A stretch of 64,000 nucleotides of DNA from Tubiluchus corallicola. Its lineage: Eukaryota > Animalia > Priapulida. The stretch covers positions 62,001 to 126,000 of the forward strand of contig JAQGDQ010000360.1 in NCBI GenBank assembly GCA_030141605.1. The letters run 5' to 3'. Made by a program: the position numbers and the translations under genes. Within the stretch, counting starts at the first letter, position 1. Each line of letters starts with the position of its first letter. Under the pieces are notes generated by a model. The model made no database searches, was not told the origin of the DNA, and saw only the letters and a list, made by a program, of their open reading frames with translations. Shown here piece by piece: positions 1 to 15,289 of this stretch.

Positions 1-395
1 TTTTCAACATCAAAAATATTCCACGAGCGTGTTGCACTCGCTAGGCAAGTCTTAAGACAAAAATTCAAATTTCAAATTTACCGCTGTGCTCATGCATGAG
101 CTGTCGAACGTGTGTAGTTCATCACAAACCAACACATCTGAACTGAGATGTACAGCAAGCGCCTGTTTTTTGTGCAATGCGTTTCCGAAATACAGGCGCT
201 AGTGCCCGTCTAACTAGCGAATGACGAAATGCATGTAACAGCGAAGAACTAGTGGCGCGAACGTGAAATTGTGTTTGTGTGATAATAATTCTTTCACGTA
301 AATCATCTTTGAAAAAAACACAGTATGTTTCCTTTCAATATTTTAAAGAGTAGATTGTTTTAACCTTGAGTTCAAGAAGGGTTCGGTTTTGCTTA
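1..395 (+). mobile_element. Kolobok-like MITE family A copy (3' part)
   Basis: Homologous to 34040-34484. Confidence 0.65.
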
Positions 396-782
396 GAAAA
401 CATAATCGGTTTGATCAAAATAGCCGCTTAGAAAGTTCGTTCTTTTTACTAGGCAATAAAGATATTATCTCTCACTAAAACTATATCTCTATTACATTAA
501 CATTTCTCTTTCAACACTCGCAGATGAAAACATCTCTGTAACACAAAATGCTGTGTTGATTTCCTGCTTGAATTACGTATAAACGGAAAATTTATTTAGC
601 TTGGCTCTTTTCAAACAAGTAACCAGCATTAACAGATCTCGACTAGTTAACATAGGAGGTATGGCAAGACCGAAATCTAGAAAAATTATTTATTCGATAA
701 AGAATATCGGTCACACGGCGCTAATAGCAAGCACAATGACGTTGCAATATTGTTTTTTAAAAGCAAAATTCTAGTAAGTATG

Positions 783-1183
783 AATAAGCCTTTCCACAGT
801 TTCATCGATTGATGATGATTGAGAAGAGGTCAAAGGTTAAGTGTACCAGACAACGCATTTGTGTATACTTGACAACGCCTCGCAACCCATGCTATTGTAA
901 TAGTAACAGTTTTAACAGCTAGCTAGAACTTTACCTAGTTCATTTTTTCTTGTTGCCAAGCAAGACACTGCTAACAAATCACTCTACACACAGACTAATG
1001 TATAATTAAGTCACGTAAAGTCCACGCAAAGCAACTGAAATCACCGAACTGATGCGACAGACGGCATTGCTTTGCCCATATATCAAGTGACGGTTGTAGT
1101 TAAGACGCTTTGTCGTGGTACACTTAACCTTTGACCCTACAGCAACCGGGCATGCGCACAATGAAACTTTGAAAAGCCTTATT
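783..1183. mobile_element. MITE family C copy
   Basis: Same TIRs; reverse orientation to 38443-38831. Confidence 0.75.
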
Positions 1184-1555
1184 ATTGTCTCTGCTTTTAA
1201 AGTAACAATAGTTTGATAGAATGTAATTATTTACTCTGTTCTGCTCCGATGTACTGATAGCCAAAGCTGCCTGCAAACATTCAAATTTACTTCTCGTTCA
1301 GTAAGATATCAGTCCAGTAACATTGGAATTCTGGACACTCTTACTCAACTGAATAGTTAATTACTGAATATTATCTATTTATCATTTTTCTTACAGTCTC
1401 CAACTAGATTCAGACCTGTCTTTGCATTGCTTAACCTCAGGTCACTAGGCATGCGTCCTGACAGTCGCACATTTTCATTTGTGATTTCTAATTTAAAGTA
1501 TAGGTACCCAATAATTAAACATGTGCTGCCACCTACATTTACAATTGTTTATTAT

Positions 1556-1889
1556 TGTAACTTGACTCAAATTTGATCTAGGTTGTGGGCTTGGTCAGTG
1601 CTGCTCAGTCACCTGTACCTGCTGGGCTTCCCATGTATGGTAGTAAGAATTGCTAGTGAGTTTTATTAGCCAATCAGGTAAGCTTAGTAGGTGCACGTGA
1701 CTTGGGTAACTCTGCCAAGGTCAGCCTGGGTTTCTTTCTTTTGATTGCTGCTGAGTTGTCACCATGTGTGGTTTCCTTTCATGTAAATAGCGTAAATAGT
1801 AAATAAAATCTTTCACAGTTCAATGCAGTTTTCTATTCTCTTCTTGCTTTAACCACCATAGTAAACCTGTCATATAATTCAGTCTAACA
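1556..1889 (+). mobile_element. Possible solo LTR
   Basis: TGTAA...TAACA termini, CCAAT, CACGTG and AATAAA inside; TSD imperfect (ttat/gtat). Confidence 0.35.
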
Positions 1890-2223
1890 GTATCTATTTC
1901 AAGCTTCTCTACAAATTCAGCTATAAAGTTTCTACAAGTGCTTCATTCAGTCTGCACACCCAACTATGAAGTTTCTACACCGACTAGTCAGCTATTCAGT
2001 AGGGCTAATTACTCTCAATATTATATTCTGTAGCTGTAGTTAGGTTTATCAATTCATGTAAAAGTGCACATAGAACTGCAACATCCATCTATTATAATCC
2101 TGCGTTTCTGGCTTCATTTACGGTTCATTTAAACGTGGCTTCATACGTGAAATCATCACTGCAGAGTGTCAGTGTCTTATCCTTCACTTGATGGATCAGA
2201 TAAGAACATTTGTCTTAGATCAT

Positions 2224-3343
2224 CAGGGCTGGATTACCCTATAGGGTGCAGCTAGTATAGGCTGCAGTTTAGGGCCCCTCAAGCAGGGGGGGCATAATTT
2301 GTATTGATGAATAATTCACGTCATTAAAATAAGGAGCCCAGGAAGTCTGGAAATCTAGTTTTAAAGTGGCTCCTCATTTCAGGTAAAGGATCCCTGTTTA
2401 AGACCCTTTGTTTCAGATATGGGCCACTCTTTAAAGTCCTTTATTTGGAATATGGGGTCCTCTTTAAAGTCCTTTTTTTGGAATATGGGGTCCTCTTTGA
2501 AGCCCTTTATTTGAAATATGGCGTCCTCTTTGAAACCCTTTATTTTAAATATGGGGTCCTCTTTGAAGCCCTTTATTTTAAATATAGGGTCCTCTTTGAA
2601 GCCCTTTATTTGAAATATGGAGCCCTCTTTGAAGCCCTTTATTTGAAATATGGGGTCCTCTTTGAAGCCCTTTATTTGAAATATGGGGTCCTCTTTGAAG
2701 CCCTTTATTTGATATATGGGTCCTCTTTGAAACCCCTTATTTGAAATATGGACCCTCTTTGAAGCCCTTTATTTGAAATATGGGGTCCTCTTTGAAGCCC
2801 TTTATTTGAAATATGGGTCCTCTTTGAAGCCCTTTATTTGAAATATGGGTCCTCTTTGAAACCCCTTATTTGAAATATGGGGCCCTCTTTGAAACCCTTT
2901 ATTTGAAATATGGGGTCCTCTTTGAAGCCCTTTATTTGAAATATGGGGTCCTCTTTGAAGCCCTTTATTTGAAATATGGGTCCTCTTTGAAGCCCTTTAT
3001 TTGAAATATGGGTCCTCTTTGAAACCCCTTATTTGAAATATGGGTCCTCTTTGAAACCCCTTATTTGAAATATGGGGCCCTCTTTGAAGCCCTTTATTTG
3101 AAATATGGGTCCTCTTTGAAACCCCTTATTTGAAATATGGGGCCCTCTTTGAAACCCTTTATTTGAAATATGGGGTCCTCTTTGAAGCCCTTTATTTGAA
3201 ATATGAGCCCTCCTCAGCTATACAAATGTTGCTGAAATATATCACAAAATATACAAATATTCGAGTCAATTAGAGGGCGGCTCCATCTGAGGGGTCCAAT
3301 AATTTCATTAACCTAGGGCTCCAAAGGTCATAATCCAGCCGTG
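2224..3343. mobile_element. hAT-like MITE carrying an internal 32-33-bp minisatellite (about 2385-3210)
   Basis: CAGGGCTGGATTA...TAATCCAGCCGTG termini; unit GGGGTCCTCTTTGAAGCCCTTTATTTGAAATAT; TSD degraded. Confidence 0.6.
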
Positions 3344-3801
3344 ATTATCGTGCCTCTAGACGAGCAAGACTTCCCCGCTTCAGTACAGCTGGTTGAGAAT
3401 AAGTCGTTTTTTTCCTAAAATAAAAAACAACAATTTATGTTTATACAATAATACTAATAATTAGGATAAAAGGGCAGCGTTTTACAAGCTAAGTTTCTTT
3501 GAGCTGCCTAATGTTTATGAGGAAAACAAGGAAGTTTAACAATGTTTGTTTAGGAAAAACACCGAGAAAATACCCAGATAGTGAAAATACCGGAATAATG
3601 AATAACAAATCTTTATTTTATTTCCATGTAGGTCAATCTTATTTATTTTACATTGTTGCAAACGAGCTATATAATTTTACATACCAAACGTTGTTTCTGC
3701 AGTTTCTAAACTAAAGCTTAGTGACTCTTGAAAAGTATTACATCTGTTACATATTAACAATTATTCATAATTCATTATTTTTGAGATACCAAAACGTTGG
3801 C

Positions 3802-4190
3802 ATAACGAGCGTTTTCACAGTTTCGTTGTGCGCATGCGCAGTTGCTGTAGGTCAAAGGTGAAGTGTACCACGGCAACGCGTCTTAACTACAACCGACACG
3901 TGACATGTGTAAAACATAGCCGTCTGCAGTTCAGTAACTTCAGTTGTTTTACGCGAACTTTACATAATTATGCATTAGTCTGTGCACAGAGTAATTTACT
4001 AGCAGGCTTTTGCTTGGGAACAAGAAAAAATGAACTAGGTAAGGTTCTAGCTAGCTGTTAAAACTGTTACTATTACAACAACAGCGGGTGTGAGGAATTG
4101 TCAAGTGAACACAAATGTGTTGTCTGGTACAGTTAACCTTTGACCTTTTCACAATCACCATCAATCGCTGGAACTTTGAAAAGGCTTATA
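3802..4190. mobile_element. MITE family C copy
   Basis: Homologous to 38443-38831. Confidence 0.75.
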
Positions 4191-4619
4191 ACGCTATTTT
4201 TCAAATTGACATGCCCTTCGATCTGGATCTGCCACCGATCATGATCAGACTTAGATCCGCCCCCTGCTAAGCTGATTAGCTTTACAATCTAATAACGATG
4301 TGCAGTAAATTTGATCTGCCACGGCTAATAAGTGCTGGGAATACAAATATATGCAATCCATGGGAGAAAGAGAAGCCAATATTGCAGAGTCAATAGAGAA
4401 ATTAGAGCAACCAGGAGATGAATGGAGGAGAAATTGGCTGAGGGAGACAGCGATTAAAGATTAAATGCAATGTGCCCTGGAATATTCCTTCTTTTTGCAA
4501 GATTGCTGGGTAATTTTCCCAGTAATAATCTGTCTATCTCTCTCTCGCTTCTCTTCTTCTAACTTTGATCTCTTTCTTTATTTGTATCTCTCCCTTCCTC
4601 TTTCTAACACGTGCACATT

Positions 4620-5100
<481 letters not shown>

Positions 5101-5904
5101 TCCCTCTCTTCCTCTCTCACTCTCTCCCTTTCACACTCTCTTGCCTCTGTCTCCAAACAAGCTCTTTTCCCAGTTTATCTATGTCGCTCTCCATTCTACT
5201 TCCTCTTCGCCAGGAAGTCTGGATGAAATCTTTCAGGATTAGTGTTCTATTGCTTTAGATGACTTCAACCTGCAACTAATTGACCATAAAAACAGGACAG
5301 CACAATACAGACGGGAGCAATACGGCCAATTGCACCAAATAAATGGGCAAAATTTACAGACTTGACTCACCGCAAGTACTTACTTACTCAAAGAGGAAAT
5401 AGCACCGGAAGTAGCACATTGCTTCTTCTAATTTTGGCGAAAATTCCGTTACATATTGCGTAGATATCAACCAGTTTATTCTTGAATTCCTGATAAGTTG
5501 TTGCTTATAAAATGTACTATTTTGGTTCTTTGGACCCCCGGCGATGTGCAATCGAGGGTTAATGGTGGCTTTCCTGGATTGTAAGCAGGAAGAAAGCGGA
5601 AGGAATTATTGCAGATATCGACGCGGAGTAATTGTTGAGTATTACGTCTCCTTTGCTGATATCAATCCGCAAATTAGATGCTGGCTTTGTGGACGACCAT
5701 TGATTTTAATTGTTCTCTAAAGAAAATGAATAAATTATGGAGTGAAAGCCATTTCTCTTCCTCGCTACTGTTTTGTGCTCAAGTAAAAGGCTGCCTTACT
5801 TAGATTCATTGATTTATTGATTTTCTACAATAATGCAGTCAATGCTGTTCCTTTGCCACAGTCATTTTGTGTGCTAAAGTCATAATGTTAGTTATATTCT
5901 AGTT

Positions 5905-8900
5905 ATAATTCTAGTTAAAGTCTTAGAGTTTGAACTAGGAGAATTTTAGTTAAAGTCATGGAGTTTGAAACAGGAGAATTTTAGTTAAAGTCTTAGAGTT
6001 TGAACCGTGAGAATTTCATTTAAAGTCATAGAGTTTGAACCAGGAGAATTTTAGTTAAAGTCATAGAGTTTGAACCAGGAGAATTTTAGTTAAAGTCATG
6101 GAGTTTAAACCAGGAGAATTTTAGTTAAAGTCATAGAGTTTGAACCACGAGAATTTTAGTTAAAGTCACAGAGTTTGAACCAGGAGAATTTTAGTTAAAG
6201 TCATAGAGTTTGAACCAGGAGAATTTTAGTTAAAGTCATAGAGTTTGAACCAGGAGAATTTTAGTTAAAGTCATACAGTTTGAACTAGGAGAATTTCATT
6301 TAAGGTCATAGAGTTTGAACCAGGAGAATTTTAGTTAAAGTCATAGAGTTTGAACCAGGAGAATTTTAGTTAAAGTCATAGAGTTTGAACCAGGAGAATT
6401 TTAGTTAAAGTCATACAGTTTGAACTAGGAGAATTTCATTTAAGGTCATAGAGTTTGAACCAGGAGAATTTTAGTTAAAGTCATAGAGTTTGAACCAGGA
6501 GAATTTTAGTTAAAGTCATAGAGTTTGAACTAGAAGAATTTTAGTTAAAGTCTTAGAGTTTGAACTAGGAGAATTTCATTTAAAGTCTTAGAGTTTGAAC
6601 CAGAAGAATTTTAGTTAAAGTCATGGAGTTTGAACTAGGAGAATTTTAGTTAAAGTCATAGAGTTTGAACCAGGAGAATTTTAGTTAAAGTCATAGAGTT
6701 TGAACCAGGAGAATTCTAGTTAAAGTCTTAGAGTTTGAACTAGGAGAATTTTAGTTAAAGTCATGGAGTTTGAAACAGGAGAATTTTAGTTAAAGTCTTA
6801 GAGTTTGAACCGTGAGAATTTCATTTAAAGTCATAGAGTTTGAACCAGGAGAATTTTAGTTAAAGTCATAGAGTTTGAACCAGGAGAATTTTATTTAAAG
6901 TCATGGAGTTTAAACCAGGAGAATTTTAGTTAAAGTCATAGAGTTTGAACCACGAGAATTTTAGTTAAAGTCACAGAGTTTGAACCAGGAGAATTTTAGT
7001 TAAAGTCATAGAGTTTGAACCAGGAGAATTTTAGTTAAAGTCATAGAGTTTGAACCAGGAGAATTTTAGTTAAAGTCATACAGTTTGAACTAGGAGAATT
7101 TCATTTAAGGTCATAGAGTTTGAACCAGGAGAATTTTAGTTAAAGTCATAGAGTTTGAACCAGGAGAATTTTAGTTAAAGTCATAGAGTTTGAACCAGGA
7201 GAATTTTAGTTAAAGTCATACAGTTTGAACTAGGAGAATTTCATTTAAGGTCATAGAGTTTGAACCAGAAGAATTTTAGTTAAAGTCATAGAGTTTGAAC
7301 CAGGAGAATTTTAGTTAAAGTCATAGAGTTTGAACTAGAAGAATTTTAGTTAAAGTCTTAGAGTTTGAACTAGGAGAATTTCATTTAAAGTCTTAGAGTT
7401 TGAACCAGAAGAATTTTAGTTAAAGTCATGGAGTTTGAACTAGGAGAATTTTAGTTAAAGTCATAGAGTTTGAAAGAGGAGAATTTTAGAAAGTCATAGA
7501 TTTTGAACCATTAGAATTTCATTTAAAGTCATAGTGTTTGAACCAGGGGAATTTTAGCTAAAGTCATAGAGTTTGAACCAGGAGAATTTTAGTTAAAGTC
7601 ATACAGTTTGAACTAGGAGAATTTCATTTAAGGTCATAGAGTTTGAACCAGGAGAATTTTTGTTAAAGTCATGGAGTTTGAACCAGGAGAATTATAGTTA
7701 AAGTCATAGAGTTTGAACCAGGAGAATTTTAGTAAAAGTCATTGAGTTTGAACCAGGAGAATTTTAGTTAAAGTCTTAGAGCTTGAACCAGGAGAATTTC
7801 ATTTAAAGTCTTATAGTTTGAACTAGGAGAATTTCATTTAAAGTCTTAGAGTTTGAACAAGAAGAATTTTAGTTAAAGTCATGGAGTTTGAACTAGGAGA
7901 ATTTTAGTTAAAGTCATAGAGTTTGAAAGAGGAGAATTTTAGAAAGTCATAGAGTTTGAACTAGAAGAATTTTAGTTAAAGTCATAGAGTTTGAACCAGG
8001 AGAATTTTAGTAAAAGTCATTGAGTTTGAACCAGGAGAATTTTAGTTAAAGTCTTAGAACTTGAACCAGGAGAATTTCATTTAAAGTCTTATAGTTTGAA
8101 CTAGGAGAATTTCATTTAAAGTCTTAGAGTTTGAACCAGAAGAATTTTAGTTAAAGTCATGGAGTTTGAACTAGGAGAATTTTAGTTAAAGTCATAGAGT
8201 TTGAAAGAGGAGAATTTTAGAAAGTCATAGATTTTGAACCATTAGAATTTCATTTAAAGTCATAGTGTTTGAACCAGGAGAATTTCATTTAAAGTCATAG
8301 AGTTTGAACCAGGAGAATTTCATTTAAGGTCATAGAGTTTGAACCAGGAGAATTTTTGTTAAAGTCATGGAGTTTGAACCAGGAGAATTTTAGTTAAAGT
8401 CATAGAGTTTGAACCAGGAGAATTTTAGTAAAAGTCATGGAGTTTGAACCAGGAGAATTTTAGTTAAAGTCATAGAGTTTGAACCAGGAGAATTTAAGTT
8501 AAAGTCATAGAGTTTGAACTAGAAGAATTTTAGTTAAAGTCTTAGAGTTTGAACTAGGAGAATTTCATTTAAAGTCTTAGAGTTTGAACCTGAAGAATTT
8601 TAGTTAAAGTCATTGAGTTTGAACCAGGAGAATTTTAGTTAAAGTCATAGAGTTTGAACTAGGAGAATTTCATTTAAAGTCTTAGAGTTTGAACTAGAAG
8701 AATTTTAGTTAAAGTCTTAGAGCTTGAACCAGGAGAATTTCATTTAAAGTCTTATAGTTTGAACTAGGAGAATTTCATTTAAAGTCTTAGAGTTTGAACC
8801 AGAAGAATTTTAGTTAAAGTCATGGAGTTTGAACTAGGAGAATTTTAGTTAAAGTCATGGAGTTTGAACCAGGAGAATTTCATTTAAAGTCCTAGAGTTT

Positions 8901-9755
8901 GAAAGAGGAGTATTTTAGAAAGTCATAGATTTTGAACCATTAGAATTTCATTTAAAGTCATAGTGTTTGAACCAGGAGAATTTCATTTAAAGTCATAGAG
9001 TTTGAACCAGGAGAATTTTAGTTAAAGTCATAGAGTTTGAACCAGGAGAATTTTAGTTAAAGTCATGGAGTTTAAACCAGGAGAATTTTAGTTAAAGTCA
9101 TAGAGTTTGAAAGAGGAGAATTTTAGAAAGTCATAGATTTTGAACCATTAGAATTTCATTTAAAGTCATAGTGTTTGAACCAGGAGAATTTCATTTAATG
9201 TTATAGAGTTTGAACCAGAAGAATTTTAGTTAAAGTCTGAGAGTTTGAACCATAACAATATTAGTTAAAGTCATACAGTTTGAACTAGAAGAATTTTAGT
9301 TAAAGTCATAGAGTTTGAACCAGGAGAATTTTAGTTAAAATCTTAGAGTTTGAACTAGGAGAATTTCATTTAAAGTCTTATAGTTTGAACCAGAAGAATT
9401 TTAGTTAAAGTCATGGAGTTTGAACTAGGAGAATTTTAGTTAAAGTCATAGAGTTTGAAAGAGGAGAATTTTAGAAAGTCATAGATTTTGAACCATTAGA
9501 ATTTCATTTAAAGTCATAGTGTTTGAACCAGGAGAATTTCATTTAATGTTATAGAGTTTGAACCAGAAGAATTTTAGTTAAAGTCTTAGAGTTTGAACCA
9601 GGAGAATTTTAGTTAAAGTCATAGAGTTTGAACCAGGAGAATTTTAGTTAAAGTCATAGAGTTTGAACCAGGAGAATTTTAGTTAATGTCATAGAGTTTG
9701 AACCAGGAGAATTTCATTTAAAGTCATACAGTTTGAACCAGGAGAATTTTAGTTA
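5905..9755. repeat. 35-bp minisatellite array (about 110 units)
   Basis: Unit AGTTAAAGTCATAGAGTTTGAACCAGGAGAATTTT. Confidence 0.97.
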
Positions 9756-10562
9756 GGAACCTAGATGGCATTTAAGACGCATAAATGTATTATCAGTTGA
9801 TATAAAAGTGCATATGGCCTGTCAGAAAATGGCCTTTCAATGTCACGTAAGGTCACTGTCATTCAAAATGGCCGACAACGCAAGAATGTACTCAAAATAA
9901 GTCAATTGGCAAACACTTTATACTACACAAATGTATTGCCAGTTGATGTAACAGCACATTATGTTCTATCAGAAAAACAGTATTTCGAGGGCATTCAAAA
10001 TGGCTGCTGATGCTGTAAATGTTTATAATCAGCTAGGTACGAGTACAACTGCGACGTGTAGATTTTGCTGTGAAAGCTGCTTCCCAGTTTACTGAGTGCA
10101 ACATCCATTTCAGCCTGTACATTAATACAAAAATTAACAAATATAAATATAAAAATATTTGGCTTTAAACAAAACGACAGTGTAAAACTACTTATGTATT
10201 ATTGTGGTACCATGACAGTAATTTTTTGATTGACAGTAATAAATTGGGATTTTTAAGAAGAATTCAAAATTCCGAATCACTTGTTATACCAAAAATGTTG
10301 ATGTTTTGAATGACTCAGATGTTAATTTAACAATAGGGTATGGCTGGATCATTTTCTTTCATTTTAATGTGAAAAGAAAAGTTAGAGAAGCATTTTTATC
10401 AAAATGTAAGTGACTACATGTAGCATGATGGCGATATGCAAATGGATTTATCATCTTCTGCTTGCTTTAATTACTAATAAAAATTCTTTTGATCTTATTA
10501 ATTATTTGTACTAAAACTAACACTGCAGTTTATAAAAAATTTTATATGATTAAAAGATTAAT

Positions 10563-10679
<117 letters not shown>

Positions 10680-11124
10680 TAGATTGACAATTCCATGCAA
10701 CCCATGCTATTGTAATAGTAATAGTTTTAACAGCTAGCTAGAACGTTACCTAGTTCATTTTTTCTTGTTCCCAAGCAATATCCTGCTAGTAAATCACTTT
10801 ACGCGCAGACCTATGCATAATTAAGTAAAGTCCACCTAAAACAACTGATGTTACCGAACTGATGTGGCAAACGGATTTGTTTTACACACATGTCACGTGA
10901 CAGTTGTAGTTAAGACGCGTTTGTGTGATTCACATAACCCGTGACCTACAAAGAACGAAACTGTGAAAAGGCCTATTCATAGACTCCATTATAGAAGTAA
11001 TTATAGCTTTACAACATAAACTCACCTATTGTTTTAGCACCGTCTACAATCATTAATTCCTTAAAGATCTGACTTTTCATAGAAATTTTAATTTCTATTA
11101 AAACACATGTTAAAACACACGGCT

Positions 11125-11775
11125 AACATAGGACGCTCTTATAAAATGTATGCAAAAAAATTTAAATAGTAAGTAGTTAACATAGGAAGCTCTTATAACA
11201 TGTATGCAAAAAAAAATTAAGTAGTAAGTAGTTAACATAGGAAGCTCTTATAACATGTATGCAAAAAAATTTAAGTAGTAAGAAGTTAACATAGGAAGCT
11301 CTTATAATATTTATGCAAAAAAATTTAAGTAGTAAGTAGTTAACATAGGAAGCTCTTATAACATGTATGCAAGAAAAATTAAGTAGTAAGTAGTTAACAT
11401 AGGAAGCTCTTATAACATGTATGCAAAAAAAATTTAAGTAGTAAGAAGTTAACATAGGAAGCTCTTATAATATTTATGCAAAAAAATTTAAGTAGTAAGT
11501 AGTTAACATAGGAAGCTCTTATAACATGTATGCAAAAAAATTTAAGTAGTAAGAAGTTAACATAGGAAGCTCTTATAATATTTATGCAAAAAAATTTAAG
11601 TAGTAAGTAGTTAACATAGGAAGCTCTTATAACATGTATGCAAAAAAAATTAAGTAGTAAGTAGTTAACATAGGAAGCTCTTATAACATGTATGCAAAAA
11701 AAATTTAAGTAGTAAGAAGTTAACATAGGAAGCTCTTATAATATTTATGCAAAAAAATTTAAGTAGTAAGTAGTT
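11125..11775. repeat. 54-55-bp minisatellite
   Basis: Unit TAACATAGGAAGCTCTTATAACATGTATGCAAAAAAA(T)TTAAGTAGTAAGTAGT with two alternating variants. Confidence 0.95.
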
Positions 11776-11798
11776 TAGAGAAATGAACTCCACGAATA

Positions 11799-13124
11799 CA
11801 GCAGGTGCCAACTAAATAAATCTAATATGAATCATACAAATTGAATATAATTTTAACATAACTAGAGAAAAAGTTGATAACTTTTTTATAACTTTGCAGA
11901 AAATCTCAGAAATTTGCACCCACTTCCAAATCTCCTGGCATAATCGACAAAGAAGCCAGATTTACTGAAATATGAAGCCACTCTCAATGTTTCCAAAAAC
12001 ACTTTTTGCAAGAGGGTACTTTTTATTGAAATCATTGCACGTTTTTATTCATTTTTATAAACTCATTTCAAAATCTATCTATGATATAAAAAGCGTCTAA
12101 AAGAATTAGACAAGTAAGAACTTCATAAAGCAAAGCAGTCATTCGATTGAAATATTTACAGAATGTTAAACCATGTTTGGAAACCCTTTGAAAACCGTTT
12201 GCAGACCAATTAAAACAAAGTGTTAATTTTTTAATAAAGTAATTACTCACTTTACTGAACTTGCAATAAAATGATTGAGTACAATGCTATTGATTTTAAT
12301 GTAGATATTTAGCGGATTCCGTTGTACAAGAGCGTTTTTCAGCGAAGCCACACCTACACCATACTTATCATAATAAATTCAACGCACGCTGACGTCATAC
12401 TCTCTAATAACCTTGACATAATCAAACAAAAAAGCCCAAATTTTACACATCAGAGCAGTAACAACGCGACACATAATCCGAGCTACATGGTAACCGTAAA
12501 AAGCCTCGTGATCGAGGTCCTACTCTGCTTTTGTTGAAACCCTTTCCTCGACTCACGGAAACCATTTATTCGAGAATCGAACAACTGATCGACAGCCCCA
12601 TGAAGCCTGAATACGTCTGAATAAAAACTCAACACTCACGCTAATTGTATTATCATTTTGTTACCTTTCAAGGATAGGAAAACAAGAACAACATAAGAAA
12701 TCATCAACTTCGTCTCAGTTCACGCAGATCGGTTTCAGAGAAGAACGCACAGCAATTGGAAATTCTTCTTAATTACTGCGCATGCGCCGTAACCCCTGTG
12801 TTAATTATTATCATTCAGTGAAAAATGTCTGACGGGTACATATGTGGTCAGAATATGGCAGTGGAATTGCTTGTGTAAAAAACGTCGAAATTCAACTAAA
12901 TGTTTGGTTTTAGAAATTGTGTCGTTTTCGGAAACACTCAGAGTGGCTTCATCTTTCAGTAAATCTGGCTTCTTTCTCGATTATGCCAGGAGATTCGGAA
13001 GTAGATGCAGATTTCTGAGATATTCTGCAAAGTTATAAAAAAGTTATCAACTTTTTGCTTAATTCAGTTAAAATTATATTAGATTTGTTTGATTCAGATT
13101 AGATTTATTTAGTGGCACCTGCTG
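11799..13124. mobile_element. Non-autonomous Tc1/mariner-type element with about 200-bp TIRs
   Basis: TA|CAGCAGGTGCCA...TGGCACCTGCTG|TA; long imperfect inverted repeats 11799-12000 and 12920-13124; no transposase ORF seen. Confidence 0.85.
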
Positions 13125-15289
13125 TATGTTACATTAAATCATTGTTTTCAGGCTATTGTTTCTAAATAATCGAAATCATTGTTTTCAGGCTATTGTTTCT
13201 AAATAATTGTTTCTAAACCATTGAAATCATTGTTTAGCAAACTACTGCATTCTGTTTCAGATGAATTTCAGGCTGAATTTCAGAAACTACTGAAAGATTT
13301 GCATGTAATTGACTTGGACGACATTGAGCAACACGTAAGTATGTAGCAAAAATAGATTTAGAAATATTTTTCACAAGTAGCAATGCACGTTCAATGATAC
13401 AAAACAATAATTACAAAATGACATACCATAAAATTTATTGCTTACAATAAATTCTTCAACGTGTGTTGAAAGAAATTCTTGTAAGCACAACGCTGATAGT
13501 GAGATAGGGTGGGGCAGGACAAGGCAGGGTGTAAAATTAGGGTGTGTATAGAGAAGAATGTGCTTAGAAGTGCAGGTGAGTCAAGGGAGGTTAATTAACG
13601 TTAAGTACTATCAAATATCAAGCTGTTAAATTCTGGAATTGTTTGAACAGTAATATTAAAGATTCTCACAGTATCATATTTTGATCTCTAAACTTAAAGA
13701 GCAATTGCTATTAACTTACGCTGATTAATGTTAAGCTCTTACTCAACTATATTCTATTTTCTTTAGCTAACTTAATAATCCTAACTAGACTAATATTCAT
13801 AAAACTGAAAATACTACAGCATGGCATGAATCTGTGGCTCAGAAAATACTCAATTAAGTTTTTTTCTCAATTATTGCTGTTACTTATAACTCTACAAATT
13901 AGCAAATCCACAGATCATTACAGATATTATCCTAAATATCAGGAAATACTCTGTCTTTCATCTCTTCATTACAGCAGAGTAATTATTAAAGTCATACTGC
14001 AATACTATTTTATGGGTAAAGTTTCAGGTGTTGTTCACAGATTGCACAAGTCTTACCTCTCCTTTATAAAATTACTAAAAAACCTGTATAGCTAAATGTT
14101 TGTCTTATCAGTATATTGAGAATTATATTATTTAGTATTATTGTCCAAGTCAGTAGATTTGTTCTTAATCAATAAGCCTAGAAATAATGAAGTTGAACTC
14201 AAATGTATTTAACTCCTGTTGTTGATTAATTGCATTATTAACCCAAAGTGTTTTTATTATTTCATAACAATTTTGACCTGTATTTCACATAAAATCTAAA
14301 TGCTATTTTTAATTTAATCAAGATTGACCTTATTTTGTTGCACGCTCATTAAACTACATGTATATTCTTTTCTCTGGATTATATAGAAAATGTCATAATC
14401 TTAAAAAGTACTAATGTCTCCTAAATTAAACTGACAACATTAATGCCCACCAGTGTCTAAAAATCATTTTATCTACATTCGGTAAGGGATAGCAGACTAG
14501 GTGACTTTATAGTCTTTTCGCTATCCTTTCTCTAGTTCTAGATCTATCTATACATTTTAACTATTCTTCAAAACTTATTAGAGATTCTTTTATTAATCAT
14601 GTTTTATTGTAACACTATAAAGAGATAAATAAATTACAATTGAATTGAATTGAGTTGAATTGAATAGTCTTTTCGCTATCCTTTCTCTAGTTCTAGATCT
14701 ATCGGTTCATTTTGCCCATTCTTCAAAACTTATTAGAGATTCTTTTATTAATCATGTTTTATTGTAGTATTATAAAGAGATAAATAAATTACAATTGAAA
14801 AAGAAATTGAGAAACCTCGAGAGAAATTACATTATTTGTATATACATAATACGTATATTATACTAAACTGAATAAGACAAGGCAGGGCATAAAATTAGGG
14901 TGTGTATAGAAGAGAATGTGATTAGAGGGGCAGTTTAGTCAGGGGAAGTTAAGTAACGTAATATGTACATTATATACAAGAAACCTCGTGAGGTTAAATA
15001 CATTATATTAATTGTATATATGCATAATGCATTATATAGACGTCTAAGAGACCAGTTTATTGGATGTTATAAATTAGTAAAGGGAGTTTATTCTACAAAT
15101 GTGTCACCATGACAGTCTATAGTAAGCTGTATGGTTCGTGAAGTACCAATGTTGCAACTGCCTCGTACAAAACATAAAGCTGGTCTTTACAATTTCTTTT
15201 AATGTACGATTCTGCCTGTTTGGATGAAGCTTTCCGAGTCAGTTAGACTTTCATTATCAGTGAACATTTTCAAAGATTTATTCGATGAA

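Noticed and set aside
5395-5720. CCGGAAGT (ETS-like) motif and nearby splice donors suggesting a promoter
   Set aside because: Short motifs only; I could not link them to a supportable gene model
5905-9755. Regular 35-bp repeats resembling a CRISPR array (also 36215-37850 and 2385-3210)
   Set aside because: Units are contiguous with no unique spacers, no cas genes, and the context is eukaryotic
13261-13334. Exon-like segment EFQAEFQKLLKDLHVIDLDDIEQH with good splice sites
   Set aside because: It ends in phase 0 whereas the 16635 exon needs phase 2; no linking exon was found, so no gene model is given
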